Source: Prochlorococcus sp. AG-412-J13
GTDB taxonomy: Bacteria; Cyanobacteriota; Cyanobacteriia; PCC-6307; Cyanobiaceae
NCBI GenBank assembly: GCA_003214815.1
Contig: QCLE01000005.1
Location: 10,724 to 74,723, forward strand
Direction of reading: 5' to 3'
Length of the DNA: 64,000 bases
A program made the translations under genes and the position numbers. Below, piece by piece: positions 55,803 to 64,000 of this stretch. Below the pieces are notes generated by a model. It worked only from the letters and a program-made list of their open reading frames with translations. It was not told the origin of the DNA and searched no databases. The first letter of the stretch is position 1. Every line of letters begins with the position of its first letter.

Positions 55803-57152
55803 ATGAAATTTGTTGTTATAGATGATGATCCAACAGGTTCTCAAACTGTCCATGATTGCTTATTACTTCTTAAGTGGGACTGCTCAACTTTAGTCAAAGG
55901 TTTTGAATCTAAATCTAATTTATTTTTTATTTTGTCTAATACAAGGTCACTATCGGAAAATGATGCGAAATTAACAATAGAGGAAATTTGCAAAAATCTT
56001 AAGACCGTTATAGCTTCTCAGGCTTATAAAGAAGAAATTATTTTTATAAGTAGAGGAGACTCTACCCTTCGAGGACATAACTTTTTAGAGCCAAGTGCTC
56101 TCAATAGTTGTTTAGGCCCTTTTGATGCTACTTTTCATATTCCAGCTTTTATAGAGGGTAAAAGATTAACAATTAATGGATCACACTTTGTGGATAAAAC
56201 GCCTATAAGTCAAACTATTTTTGCAAGAGATAAAAATTTTGGATATGAGACAAGTAATGTCAAGAATCTTTTATTTCAGAAAAGTAAATCGCAAATAAAT
56301 TTTGAAGATATTCAAAATCTATTACTGTCAGATATCGAAATTCTAAATGATGAAGAAAATAATATTGTTTTTAAAAAACTAAAGAACTTGAAGAATAATA
56401 AACATGTAATTGTAGATGCAGAAAATTATGCTCAACTAAAAAAATTTTCTTTAGTAATTAAAAAATTAATTAAACAAAGAAAATTCCTTTTTCGAACTGC
56501 AGCAAGTTTTATAAGTTCAATTTCTGAGAAAAAAAGCGTCTCTCAGGTTGAGACATTTTTCTCTAATTTAAGAATTAGGAATAAAGACAAGAGTTTTCTT
56601 CCAGGACTCATAATTGTTGGATCCTATGTGGAACTTTCAACAATACAATTGAAAAATTTATTAAAGATAAGTAATTGCAACCCCATTGAATTAGATGTTT
56701 TTGAATTCTTTAAAATTACTTCATCAGAGAATAATCAGAATCGAAGGAGTTTGTTTAAAAATAAATTTTTGAAAGAAATTAGATTTTCTTTTGAGAGAGG
56801 AAAAACCCCTGTATTGTTTACTTCAAGAAAATTTATATCATTAGATTATTCTGAACAATTTAATTTTTATAATTCACTTGCTTCTTTTATTGCTGAATTA
56901 GTAGCAGATTTGAAGTATGAAATAGGATATTTGATTTCAAAAGGTGGAATAACAACAAATATAATTCTTAGTAATGGACTTAATGCAGATTATGTTTTTC
57001 TAGAGGGACAGATTTTTACAGGTATTTCTGTAGTGACTTACAATTTAAAAAATGATGAAAAGCTTCCTATCGTTACACATCCTGGAAACATTGGAACTAA
57101 AGATTCACTAGTAAATATATGGAAAGTGTTGGAAAATAAAAATAATTTTTAA
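55803..57152 (+). CDS. Four-carbon acid sugar kinase family protein (DUF1537)
   Basis: DDDPTG, SRGDSTLRGH, PAFIEGKRLT, SKGGIT and PGNIG. Confidence 0.88.
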   Translation: MKFVVIDDDPTGSQTVHDCLLLLKWDCSTLVKGFESKSNLFFILSNTRSLSENDAKLTIEEICKNLKTVIASQAYKEEIIFISRGDSTLRGHNFLEPSALNSCLGPFDATFHIPAFIEGKRLTINGSHFVDKTPISQTIFARDKNFGYETSNVKNLLFQKSKSQINFEDIQNLLLSDIEILNDEENNIVFKKLKNLKNNKHVIVDAENYAQLKKFSLVIKKLIKQRKFLFRTAASFISSISEKKSVSQVETFFSNLRIRNKDKSFLPGLIIVGSYVELSTIQLKNLLKISNCNPIELDVFEFFKITSSENNQNRRSLFKNKFLKEIRFSFERGKTPVLFTSRKFISLDYSEQFNFYNSLASFIAELVADLKYEIGYLISKGGITTNIILSNGLNADYVFLEGQIFTGISVVTYNLKNDEKLPIVTHPGNIGTKDSLVNIWKVLENKNNF

Positions 57153-57154
57153 AA

Positions 57155-58579
57155 TTAGAAATTTGAGATAATTTCTTCAGCAAAACTGCTGCAGGATAAG
57201 GGTTCTACTTTGGGTTCCATTAAACGTGCAAGATCATAGGTGACTTTTCTTTGTTCTATTGCCTTACTTAAACCTTTGGTAATTAAGTTCGCTGCTTCAT
57301 CCCAACCAAAATACTCAAGCATCATTACACCACTTAGAATGACAGAACCTGGATTAATTTTATTTAATCCTGCATGTTTTGGCGCCGTACCGTGGGTAGC
57401 TTCGAAAATTGCTGCATTATCTCCAATATTTGCCCCAGGAGCCATACCCAGGCCACCAACTATTGCCGCAGCTGCATCAGAAACATAGTCACCATTAAGA
57501 TTTAATGTCGCAAGAATTGAATATTCTTGAGGTCTAGTTTGAATTTGTTGAAATATACTATCAGCTATTCGATCATCAACAAGAATAAGTTCTTGCCATT
57601 TACCATCTCCATGCGAATGTGATATTGAAGCAATAACTTCTTTAATTTCTTCGCAGATAAATGCTTTTTTATTATTAGTAAGCTTGTCAAAACCTGGTTC
57701 GATTTTTCGTGCATTATTTTCAATTGTAATTTCTGGATTTTTTTTAATATTATCTAAAATCCAGCTTTCTCTTTCCGTAATGCAGTCTTCTCTAAATTCA
57801 GTCACTGCCAATTCATATCCCCAATCTCTAAACGCACCTTCGGTGAATTTCATGATATTACCTTTATGTACAAGAGTGACGTGCCTTTTATTTCCTGATA
57901 ATTTTTTTGCATGTTCAATAGCCTTTCTAATATGCCTTTGGCTCCCTGATTTGCTAACTGGTTTTATTCCAATTCCAGACCCCTCTGGAATTATCCTATT
58001 TTTTAAATTTTTACTATTTGGTATTACAACGTTATTTAAGTGATTAATTAATTCAAGACAATTATTATCATCGGCTTCCCATTCAATTCCCATATATATG
58101 TCTTCAGTGTTTTCTCTGTAAACAATAACGTCTAAATCTTGAGGATTTTTGTGAGGGCTTGGAGTCCCTGAATAAAATCTGCATGGTCTGACACAGCTAT
58201 ATAAATCAAAGATTTGTCTTAATGCAACATTAAGAGATCTAATACCTCCACCAATGGGAGTTGTTAAAGGGCCTTTAATTGCTACACCGAAATGTTTAAT
58301 TGCTTCAATAGTATCTTGAGGAAGATAGTTATATGTTCCATAAATTTCACAAGCTTCATCACCTGCATAGACTTTAAACCAATTAATTTTTCTTTCATCT
58401 CCATAGCTTTTTTTAATCGCTGAATCAAGAACGATTTGCGTAGCTGGCCAAATATCAACTCCAGTTCCATCACCTCTGATAAAAGGGACAACGGGATTAT
58501 TAGGAACATTAGGTTTGCCTTGATTAAAAGTTATTATTTCGCCTTCATTAGGTAAAGTTAATTTTTCAAATTTTGGCAT
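57155..58579 (-). CDS. icd: NADP-dependent isocitrate dehydrogenase
   Basis: GDGTGVDIW, IKGPLTTP, VHKGNIMK, NLNGDYVSD and EATHGTAP. Confidence 0.97.
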   Translation of the reverse strand: MPKFEKLTLPNEGEIITFNQGKPNVPNNPVVPFIRGDGTGVDIWPATQIVLDSAIKKSYGDERKINWFKVYAGDEACEIYGTYNYLPQDTIEAIKHFGVAIKGPLTTPIGGGIRSLNVALRQIFDLYSCVRPCRFYSGTPSPHKNPQDLDVIVYRENTEDIYMGIEWEADDNNCLELINHLNNVVIPNSKNLKNRIIPEGSGIGIKPVSKSGSQRHIRKAIEHAKKLSGNKRHVTLVHKGNIMKFTEGAFRDWGYELAVTEFREDCITERESWILDNIKKNPEITIENNARKIEPGFDKLTNNKKAFICEEIKEVIASISHSHGDGKWQELILVDDRIADSIFQQIQTRPQEYSILATLNLNGDYVSDAAAAIVGGLGMAPGANIGDNAAIFEATHGTAPKHAGLNKINPGSVILSGVMMLEYFGWDEAANLITKGLSKAIEQRKVTYDLARLMEPKVEPLSCSSFAEEIISNF

Positions 58580-58789
58580 AGCATTGAATTAATAAAAGAT
58601 AACTCATTGAATTTCTTCGTATTGTAATTTGCGATGAGTTATTTTCCTTAAAAGCTAGAAATTTATTATTCAAATGTGAATAGAGCATACTTTATTGATC
58701 AGCATTTCAACATCTTTATTAAAAGAAAAAGTAGTTAATAAGCAAGTTAATGCAAATTATGTCATTTTCATAAAAATACTTAGCTATTT

Positions 58790-59221
58790 ATGAATGCGAG
58801 TTCAAATGTAAGTAATTTTGAAATAGCTAATAAAATTGCTTCTACTGCAGCTTTGTTTCGGAAATATTTTCCAGACGCCAGCGTAAACTTTAGTCCCTGG
58901 GATAATTCAAATAATGAATCCATGCAAGATACTATTGATTTTGCATTTCATTTTCCTGGTTGGAGTCCTCTTATTGAATGTAGAGCAATACTCTTAGAAT
59001 TAAGAATTGATAATGATAACAATGACAGAGTTCCGAAATTGTTAGGAATAATAATGCGAGGTATGATTGTTCCCTCCGAGAGATGGAGAGTAGCTACCAT
59101 CGGAGATTGGGAAATGACTGGTACTCATCTACCTCAGAAGGAACAAAAAGATAATCTTTTTTTGGTTTGTAAAGAACTTTATAAGTTATTCTCTACAACA
59201 TCCGCTGGTAACAAAAATTAG
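58790..59221 (+). CDS. Conserved cyanobacterial hypothetical protein
   Basis: 143 aa; IANKIAS..LF..FPDA and IDFAFHFPGWS patterns resemble a cyanobacteria-wide unknown family (from memory). Confidence 0.75.
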   Translation: MNASSNVSNFEIANKIASTAALFRKYFPDASVNFSPWDNSNNESMQDTIDFAFHFPGWSPLIECRAILLELRIDNDNNDRVPKLLGIIMRGMIVPSERWRVATIGDWEMTGTHLPQKEQKDNLFLVCKELYKLFSTTSAGNKN

Positions 59222-59278
59222 CTGTTTTATGTATTTTCCTTGTAGATTAAATACACTTACAAAAATAATTCAAAATAT

Positions 59279-59989
59279 ATGGCAGTCGCTCTTGCAGGAC
59301 AATTAAGAGAAGGGACAAAAAAATCTCACTCTATGGCAGAAAATACTGGCTTTGTGGCTTGTTTTTTAAAAGGAGTTGTTGAAAAAAAATCTTATAGAAA
59401 ATTAATTAGTGATTTATATTTTGTTTATGAAGCTATGGAAGAAGAAATTGAAAGATTGGTCCATGAAGAACATCCCGTAATAAAACCTATTGGTTTTAAA
59501 TCATTATTCAGGAAAGAAACCCTTGAAAATGATCTTAAATTTTATTTTGGTGATAACTGGAAGAATGAAATTAATATTTCTCAATCAGCAAAAGAATATG
59601 TCGAAAGAATCCGTGAGGTAGCAAAAAATTCACCAGAGCTATTGGTTGGTCACCATTACACACGCTATATAGGAGATTTATCTGGGGGGCAAATTTTGAA
59701 AAGGATCGCTAAAAAAGCATTAAATTTGCAGGGAAAGGATGGTTTAAATTTTTACGAGTTTGAATTAATTACTGACGAAAAGAAATTCAAGAAAGAATAT
59801 TCCCTTACTTTGAATCAACTTCCAATAAATCAAAAGACTGCTGATAAAATTATTGATGAAGCTAATCAAGCTTTTACTTACAATATGAAAATGTTTAAGG
59901 AGCTTGAGGGTAACTTGATTACTGTTTTAGGCAAGATTGTATTCAATTATATTACAAAAAAAGTTAGGAAAGGAAGCACCGAGACCTAG
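59279..59989 (+). CDS. ho1: Heme oxygenase
   Basis: LREGTKKSH heme-ligand helix, HHYTRYIGDLSGGQ and EANQAF..NM. Confidence 0.96.
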   Translation: MAVALAGQLREGTKKSHSMAENTGFVACFLKGVVEKKSYRKLISDLYFVYEAMEEEIERLVHEEHPVIKPIGFKSLFRKETLENDLKFYFGDNWKNEINISQSAKEYVERIREVAKNSPELLVGHHYTRYIGDLSGGQILKRIAKKALNLQGKDGLNFYEFELITDEKKFKKEYSLTLNQLPINQKTADKIIDEANQAFTYNMKMFKELEGNLITVLGKIVFNYITKKVRKGSTET

Positions 59990-59995
59990 TTATTT

Positions 59996-60706
59996 ATGTT
60001 TGATTCATTATTTGATTTCCTTAAAGCCAATATTGATGAATTAAATGGTCATGAAGTGCAAATATCTAGCGAATTCAAAGAACATCACAATGAAGACTCA
60101 AAATATATTATTAAAAATTGGCTTTTTTCATCTCCCGAATATAGAAAGTGGCGAATAACCAGATTAGATGGTGGCAAAAAACTGCAAGTGTTTAATACGG
60201 TAGCATATCCAAATTTTGATAGTGAATTACCTATTTTAGGGGCTGATATTTTATGGTTTGGAACTTCTCAAAAGTTATTAGCAATACTTGATTATCAGCC
60301 TTTAATTCAAGAAGGTAAGTATCTTGAAAAATATTGTTCAAGTTTAGCTAGTATAAAGAAAAAATATTCTGAATTTGATAATGGTAAAATGAAGAATATC
60401 TATGATTCAAAAAAGTATTTTTCCCCATGGGTAATTATATGTAGAGGAAATAAATTAAACCTTGATAAAGATTTAAATAATATATTCCATTCATTTGTAA
60501 ATAATTATTTGAAAATTTATAAATTGAATCCTGTTAATCAATTTTTAAATACAGAAGAAATAAAGATTAATCAAATAAAATATGATAAGTACAGTTTTGA
60601 AAAAGATCCTGCAGATAAATTGTTTAAATCTTGTTTTGGAGAAAAATGGACAAAAAAATTTATTAATAAGTTTCTTTTTACATTAAATAATGAGATTATT
60701 CATTGA
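59996..60706 (+). CDS. pebA: 15,16-dihydrobiliverdin:ferredoxin oxidoreductase
   Basis: [31 protein letters not shown] and KDPA; follows ho1. Confidence 0.92.
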   Translation: MFDSLFDFLKANIDELNGHEVQISSEFKEHHNEDSKYIIKNWLFSSPEYRKWRITRLDGGKKLQVFNTVAYPNFDSELPILGADILWFGTSQKLLAILDYQPLIQEGKYLEKYCSSLASIKKKYSEFDNGKMKNIYDSKKYFSPWVIICRGNKLNLDKDLNNIFHSFVNNYLKIYKLNPVNQFLNTEEIKINQIKYDKYSFEKDPADKLFKSCFGEKWTKKFINKFLFTLNNEIIH

Positions 60707-61468
60707 ATGTTAATACAAGATACTATTTTTTATAGACCAGATTGGAGATGGCATATTTTTCTAAAATATTTAACTAATAATTTAAGTAAATATAACTGTT
60801 TAGAAAAAATAATACCCTCCGAATATTCTTATAAAGATTCAACTTATGGTTCAAAAAAATCAAAAAAAAATGTGAGTCTTTCTACGTGGGGTGTAACGCA
60901 TAAAAAAAGAATTCAATTCGCAAGAGCAGTTTGTATTAATAGTCCAAATTATTCTGTTTTAAATTTTTTAATTATTCCTAATACTATTTATAATGTCCCA
61001 TTTTTTGGAGTAGATTTTGTTTCTCTACCTAATAGTCATTTATTAGTATTAGATTTTCAGCCTTCATTAAAAATACAAAATCAATATAATAATGAGTTAT
61101 TAGAAAAACTTATAAAACTAAAAACTCGTTGTCATTCATCACTCCCATTAGCTGAAAAAATGTCTGCAGACGTAGCTAGATTTTTTTCTCCAGGAGTAAT
61201 CTGGTCAAAATTACCAAAAGAAGAAAGGAGTGATTTTTTAATTGCTAATCAGCTTTACATCTCATTTAAGGAATATCTTAATTTGTATTTGGAAATTCTT
61301 TTCAAAAGCAAGGAAGCCAATTTTGATATGCAAAAAGAATTAATAAATGGTCAAAATAATTATTTAAAATATCGAAGAGATAACGATCCAGCAAGGCCAA
61401 TGTTATCTAGTTTGTTTGGCAAGGAATTTACTGAATCTTTAATTAAGGAAGTTTTATTTACTACGTAA
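60707..61468 (+). CDS. pebB: Phycoerythrobilin:ferredoxin oxidoreductase
   Basis: [17 protein letters not shown] and DPARPML; abuts the pebA stop. Confidence 0.92.
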   Translation: MLIQDTIFYRPDWRWHIFLKYLTNNLSKYNCLEKIIPSEYSYKDSTYGSKKSKKNVSLSTWGVTHKKRIQFARAVCINSPNYSVLNFLIIPNTIYNVPFFGVDFVSLPNSHLLVLDFQPSLKIQNQYNNELLEKLIKLKTRCHSSLPLAEKMSADVARFFSPGVIWSKLPKEERSDFLIANQLYISFKEYLNLYLEILFKSKEANFDMQKELINGQNNYLKYRRDNDPARPMLSSLFGKEFTESLIKEVLFTT

Positions 61469-61500
61469 AAGTCTTATAATTTATTTAAATTTGAAATCAT

Positions 61501-61974
61501 ATGAAAAAAATTTCTGTTCTTTTTGTATGTTTGGGAAATATTTGTAGGTCTCCTGCAGCAGAAGCTATCTTTATAAATCTTCTTGAAAAGAAGGGATTAA
61601 CCGATGGCTTTATTGTAGATTCTGCTGGAACAGGGAGTTGGCATATTGGAAAAAAAGCTGACTCCAGGATGAGAATTGCGGCCGAAAGAAGAGATATAAA
61701 TATCTTAAGCAGGGCTCGTCAAATTACTAGCAAAGATTTTGATGAATTTAACTATATTCTTGCGATGGACGATTCAAATTTGATAAATATTCAAGATCTT
61801 AAAAATAGAAAACCTTCAACTAATTTGGCATCAATTAAAAAAATACAAGATTTTAGATCAGTTTTTAATGAGCAAGAAGTTCCTGACCCATATTTTGGAG
61901 GTAATGAGGGCTTTGATTATGTCCTTGATATTTTAGAAGACTCTGTAAACGGTTTTTTGGAAAGTATTTCTTGA
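61501..61974 (+). CDS. Low molecular weight protein-tyrosine phosphatase
   Basis: CLGNICRS (CX5R), DSAGT and DPYFG. Confidence 0.94.
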   Translation: MKKISVLFVCLGNICRSPAAEAIFINLLEKKGLTDGFIVDSAGTGSWHIGKKADSRMRIAAERRDINILSRARQITSKDFDEFNYILAMDDSNLINIQDLKNRKPSTNLASIKKIQDFRSVFNEQEVPDPYFGGNEGFDYVLDILEDSVNGFLESIS

Positions 61975-61976
61975 AT

Positions 61977-63509
61977 TTATTGGATCTGAGTCTCTTTAGG
62001 AATCTTGTCATTATAAAGGTCAATAATTTTATCTACTACCTCATTAATTGAATATCCATCCGTAATAATTTCGATTGCGTCATTAGCTTTTATTAGCGGT
62101 GAAATTTCCCTAGTGGAATCTTCAAAATCTCTTTTCTTTATAAGTTCTTTTAATGTATGAAGGTCTATTTCTTGTGATTCCTTACTATTTTTGTCAGATT
62201 TTCTTCTTTTTGCTCTTTCATCGATGCTAGCAGTTAAAAATATTTTAAGTTCTGCATGAGGAAAAACAGTAGTTCCTATATCTCTTCCCTCAGCTACTAG
62301 TCCACCTGATTCTCCAATTTTTCTTTGTTCTTTTACTAAGAATTTTCTTACTTCTTTTATTGAGGAAATTTTAGAAACGATGGAACTTATCTCTTGCGAC
62401 CTAATTTCCTCAGTGACACAATAGTTATTAATAAAAACATCCTGATATGAATTTGTATTCGACTTGAAAACAATAGATATATCTTTAAGAACATTCTGCA
62501 ATTTTTTTTCTTTTTTATAATCAATATTTTCTTTTATCAGAAGCCAACTCAATGCCCTATACATTGATCCAGTATCTAAATATAAAAGTTTCAGTTTCTT
62601 TGCTATGAACTTTGTTACAGTACTTTTACCTGACCCCGCAGGGCCATCAATTGCAATAATGGGCCTTCTTTTCATTAGAAAAACGTGATCAATTAATCTT
62701 GTCTCTCCACATCTTATCGCACCAGCCAGTAACGAAATATTATCCTCAAGTCTTGCTGTTTGGAGGGTATGAGGGTGTAAATGTTCTAAATATTCAATTA
62801 AGATTTTTTTTGATGATAGCTTTTTAATTATTTCTTTTAAATTTATCTTTTTTTCTTGTTGAAAATTTTTTTTTGCTTCTAATAACTCACTTGAAAAAAA
62901 TCTAATTAATTTTCTTTCGTTTTTTGATAAATGCACATTACGTGAACTTAAAGGTATTCCATCAAAATCTCTTTGTGTAGGAATAGATTTAATAGAAACA
63001 TTTAATTTCTTTGTTAGGACAAGATTTTTTAAAATTAAAAGTTGTTGCCAATCTTTTTCTCCTAAGTAAAGATTTTTTGGCTTGATGAGATTAAGTAATC
63101 TATAAACTACTGTACAAACGCCATCAAAATGTCCAGTTCGATTTAAACCACATAATGCAGAAGATAAATCTTTTGGAGCTTTCAGGAATTTAATATTTTT
63201 ATTATTCGGTGGATATATATCTTCAGTACTTGGGATGAAGATGGCATCTGCGCCATGTGCAAATGAGATTTTTATATCATTATCAATTGTTTTAGGGTAA
63301 TTCTCTAAATCTACCTTGTTATCAAATTGAAGTGGATTTATAAAAATACTTACTAAATTAACATTAGAATTGTCATTTTTTGCTGTTGATATTAGTTTAA
63401 TATGTCCATTATGAAGATTACCCATTGTAGGAATAAAATTAATTTCACTATTTATATTTCTCCTCCAATTTTCTATTTCTTCAGTTTTCCTTATGATTAC
63501 TTTCTTCAC
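61977..63509 (-). CDS. panC/cmk: Bifunctional pantoate-beta-alanine ligase / cytidylate kinase
   Basis: PTMGNLHNGH, GEKDWQQ and SSRN, then IAIDGPAGSGKST and EGRDIGT. Confidence 0.96.
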   Translation of the reverse strand: MKKVIIRKTEEIENWRRNINSEINFIPTMGNLHNGHIKLISTAKNDNSNVNLVSIFINPLQFDNKVDLENYPKTIDNDIKISFAHGADAIFIPSTEDIYPPNNKNIKFLKAPKDLSSALCGLNRTGHFDGVCTVVYRLLNLIKPKNLYLGEKDWQQLLILKNLVLTKKLNVSIKSIPTQRDFDGIPLSSRNVHLSKNERKLIRFFSSELLEAKKNFQQEKKINLKEIIKKLSSKKILIEYLEHLHPHTLQTARLEDNISLLAGAIRCGETRLIDHVFLMKRRPIIAIDGPAGSGKSTVTKFIAKKLKLLYLDTGSMYRALSWLLIKENIDYKKEKKLQNVLKDISIVFKSNTNSYQDVFINNYCVTEEIRSQEISSIVSKISSIKEVRKFLVKEQRKIGESGGLVAEGRDIGTTVFPHAELKIFLTASIDERAKRRKSDKNSKESQEIDLHTLKELIKKRDFEDSTREISPLIKANDAIEIITDGYSINEVVDKIIDLYNDKIPKETQIQ

Positions 63510-63607
63510 TTTGTTTTTAAAAAATAAATCTATTTGATAAATAATTACTGGACAAAAGCAATCTTAGGCGGAATATCTATATAAGGAAAGTCTATCATTT
63601 TTATTTC

Positions 63608-64000
63608 ATGGATTACAAAACATCAGGTGTTGATATAGAAGCTGGGCGAGAATTTGTTTCCGAAATTAAACAGGCAGTTGAAGGAACTCACACATCTAAT
63701 GTGATTGAGGGTATTGGTGGGTTCGGAGGTTTGTTTAGAATTCCTATTGATAGTTTTAAAAAACCAGTTCTTGTTTCAGGAACTGATGGTGTTGGAACAA
63801 AATTAGAATTAGCCCAAAGTAAAAACTTTCACTTTGAGGTTGGTATTGATTTAGTTGCTATGTGCATGAATGATATTATTACTAGCGGGGCAAAACCTTT
63901 GTTTTTTCTTGATTATATTGCTACTGGTAAGCTTGATAAGAAACAATTATTGAGGGTTGTTCAGGGTATTTCACATGGCTGCGGAGAAAATAACTGTTCA
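63608..64000 (+). CDS. purM: Phosphoribosylformylglycinamidine cyclo-ligase (3' part outside window; absent from ORF track)
   Basis: My translation from ATG 63608 gives [13 protein letters not shown]...GGFGGLF...[10 protein letters not shown]...[11 protein letters not shown]...[10 protein letters not shown], open to the window edge. Confidence 0.97.
   Translation, partial: MDYKTSGVDIEAGREFVSEIKQAVEGTHTSNVIEGIGGFGGLFRIPIDSFKKPVLVSGTDGVGTKLELAQSKNFHFEVGIDLVAMCMNDIITSGAKPLFFLDYIATGKLDKKQLLRVVQGISHGCGENNCS

Noticed and set aside
59241-59255. TGTA-N7-TACA as an NtcA site before ho1
   Set aside because: The spacer is 7 nt, not the required 8; kept only as an unassigned palindrome
61977-63509. panC-cmk fusion
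   Set aside because: An established feature of cyanobacteria, not novel

Overview
This is a gene-dense, very AT-rich stretch of a marine picocyanobacterial chromosome. AT content, tiny spacers, gene order and the ho1-pebA-pebB cluster point to a high-light Prochlorococcus (inference). It is almost entirely core backbone: about 64 CDS running from a 5'-truncated RNase J to a 3'-truncated purM (the latter missing from the ORF track), tRNA-Gly(GCC), tRNA-Arg(CCT), RNase P RNA (rnpB) and a TPP-class riboswitch ahead of thiC. I see no integrase, transposase, prophage, CRISPR array or restriction/defence gene. The best candidates for something undescribed are small. (1) The thiC riboswitch keeps its pyrimidine-sensing arm but has lost the conserved pyrophosphate-contacting C-G nucleotides, and shows no obvious expression platform. 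(2) A two-gene unknown module behind tRNA-Arg has a CxCxxC-x6-H motif and a PDSPD peptide shared by both proteins. (3) The leaders of the Na+/H+ antiporter, icd and gyrB contain hairpins. (4) The two Fluc genes have opposite predicted topology. (5) Two pheophytinase-like hydrolases and an orphan four-carbon acid-sugar kinase lack assigned roles. All family calls come from recognising motifs by eye; no searches were run.
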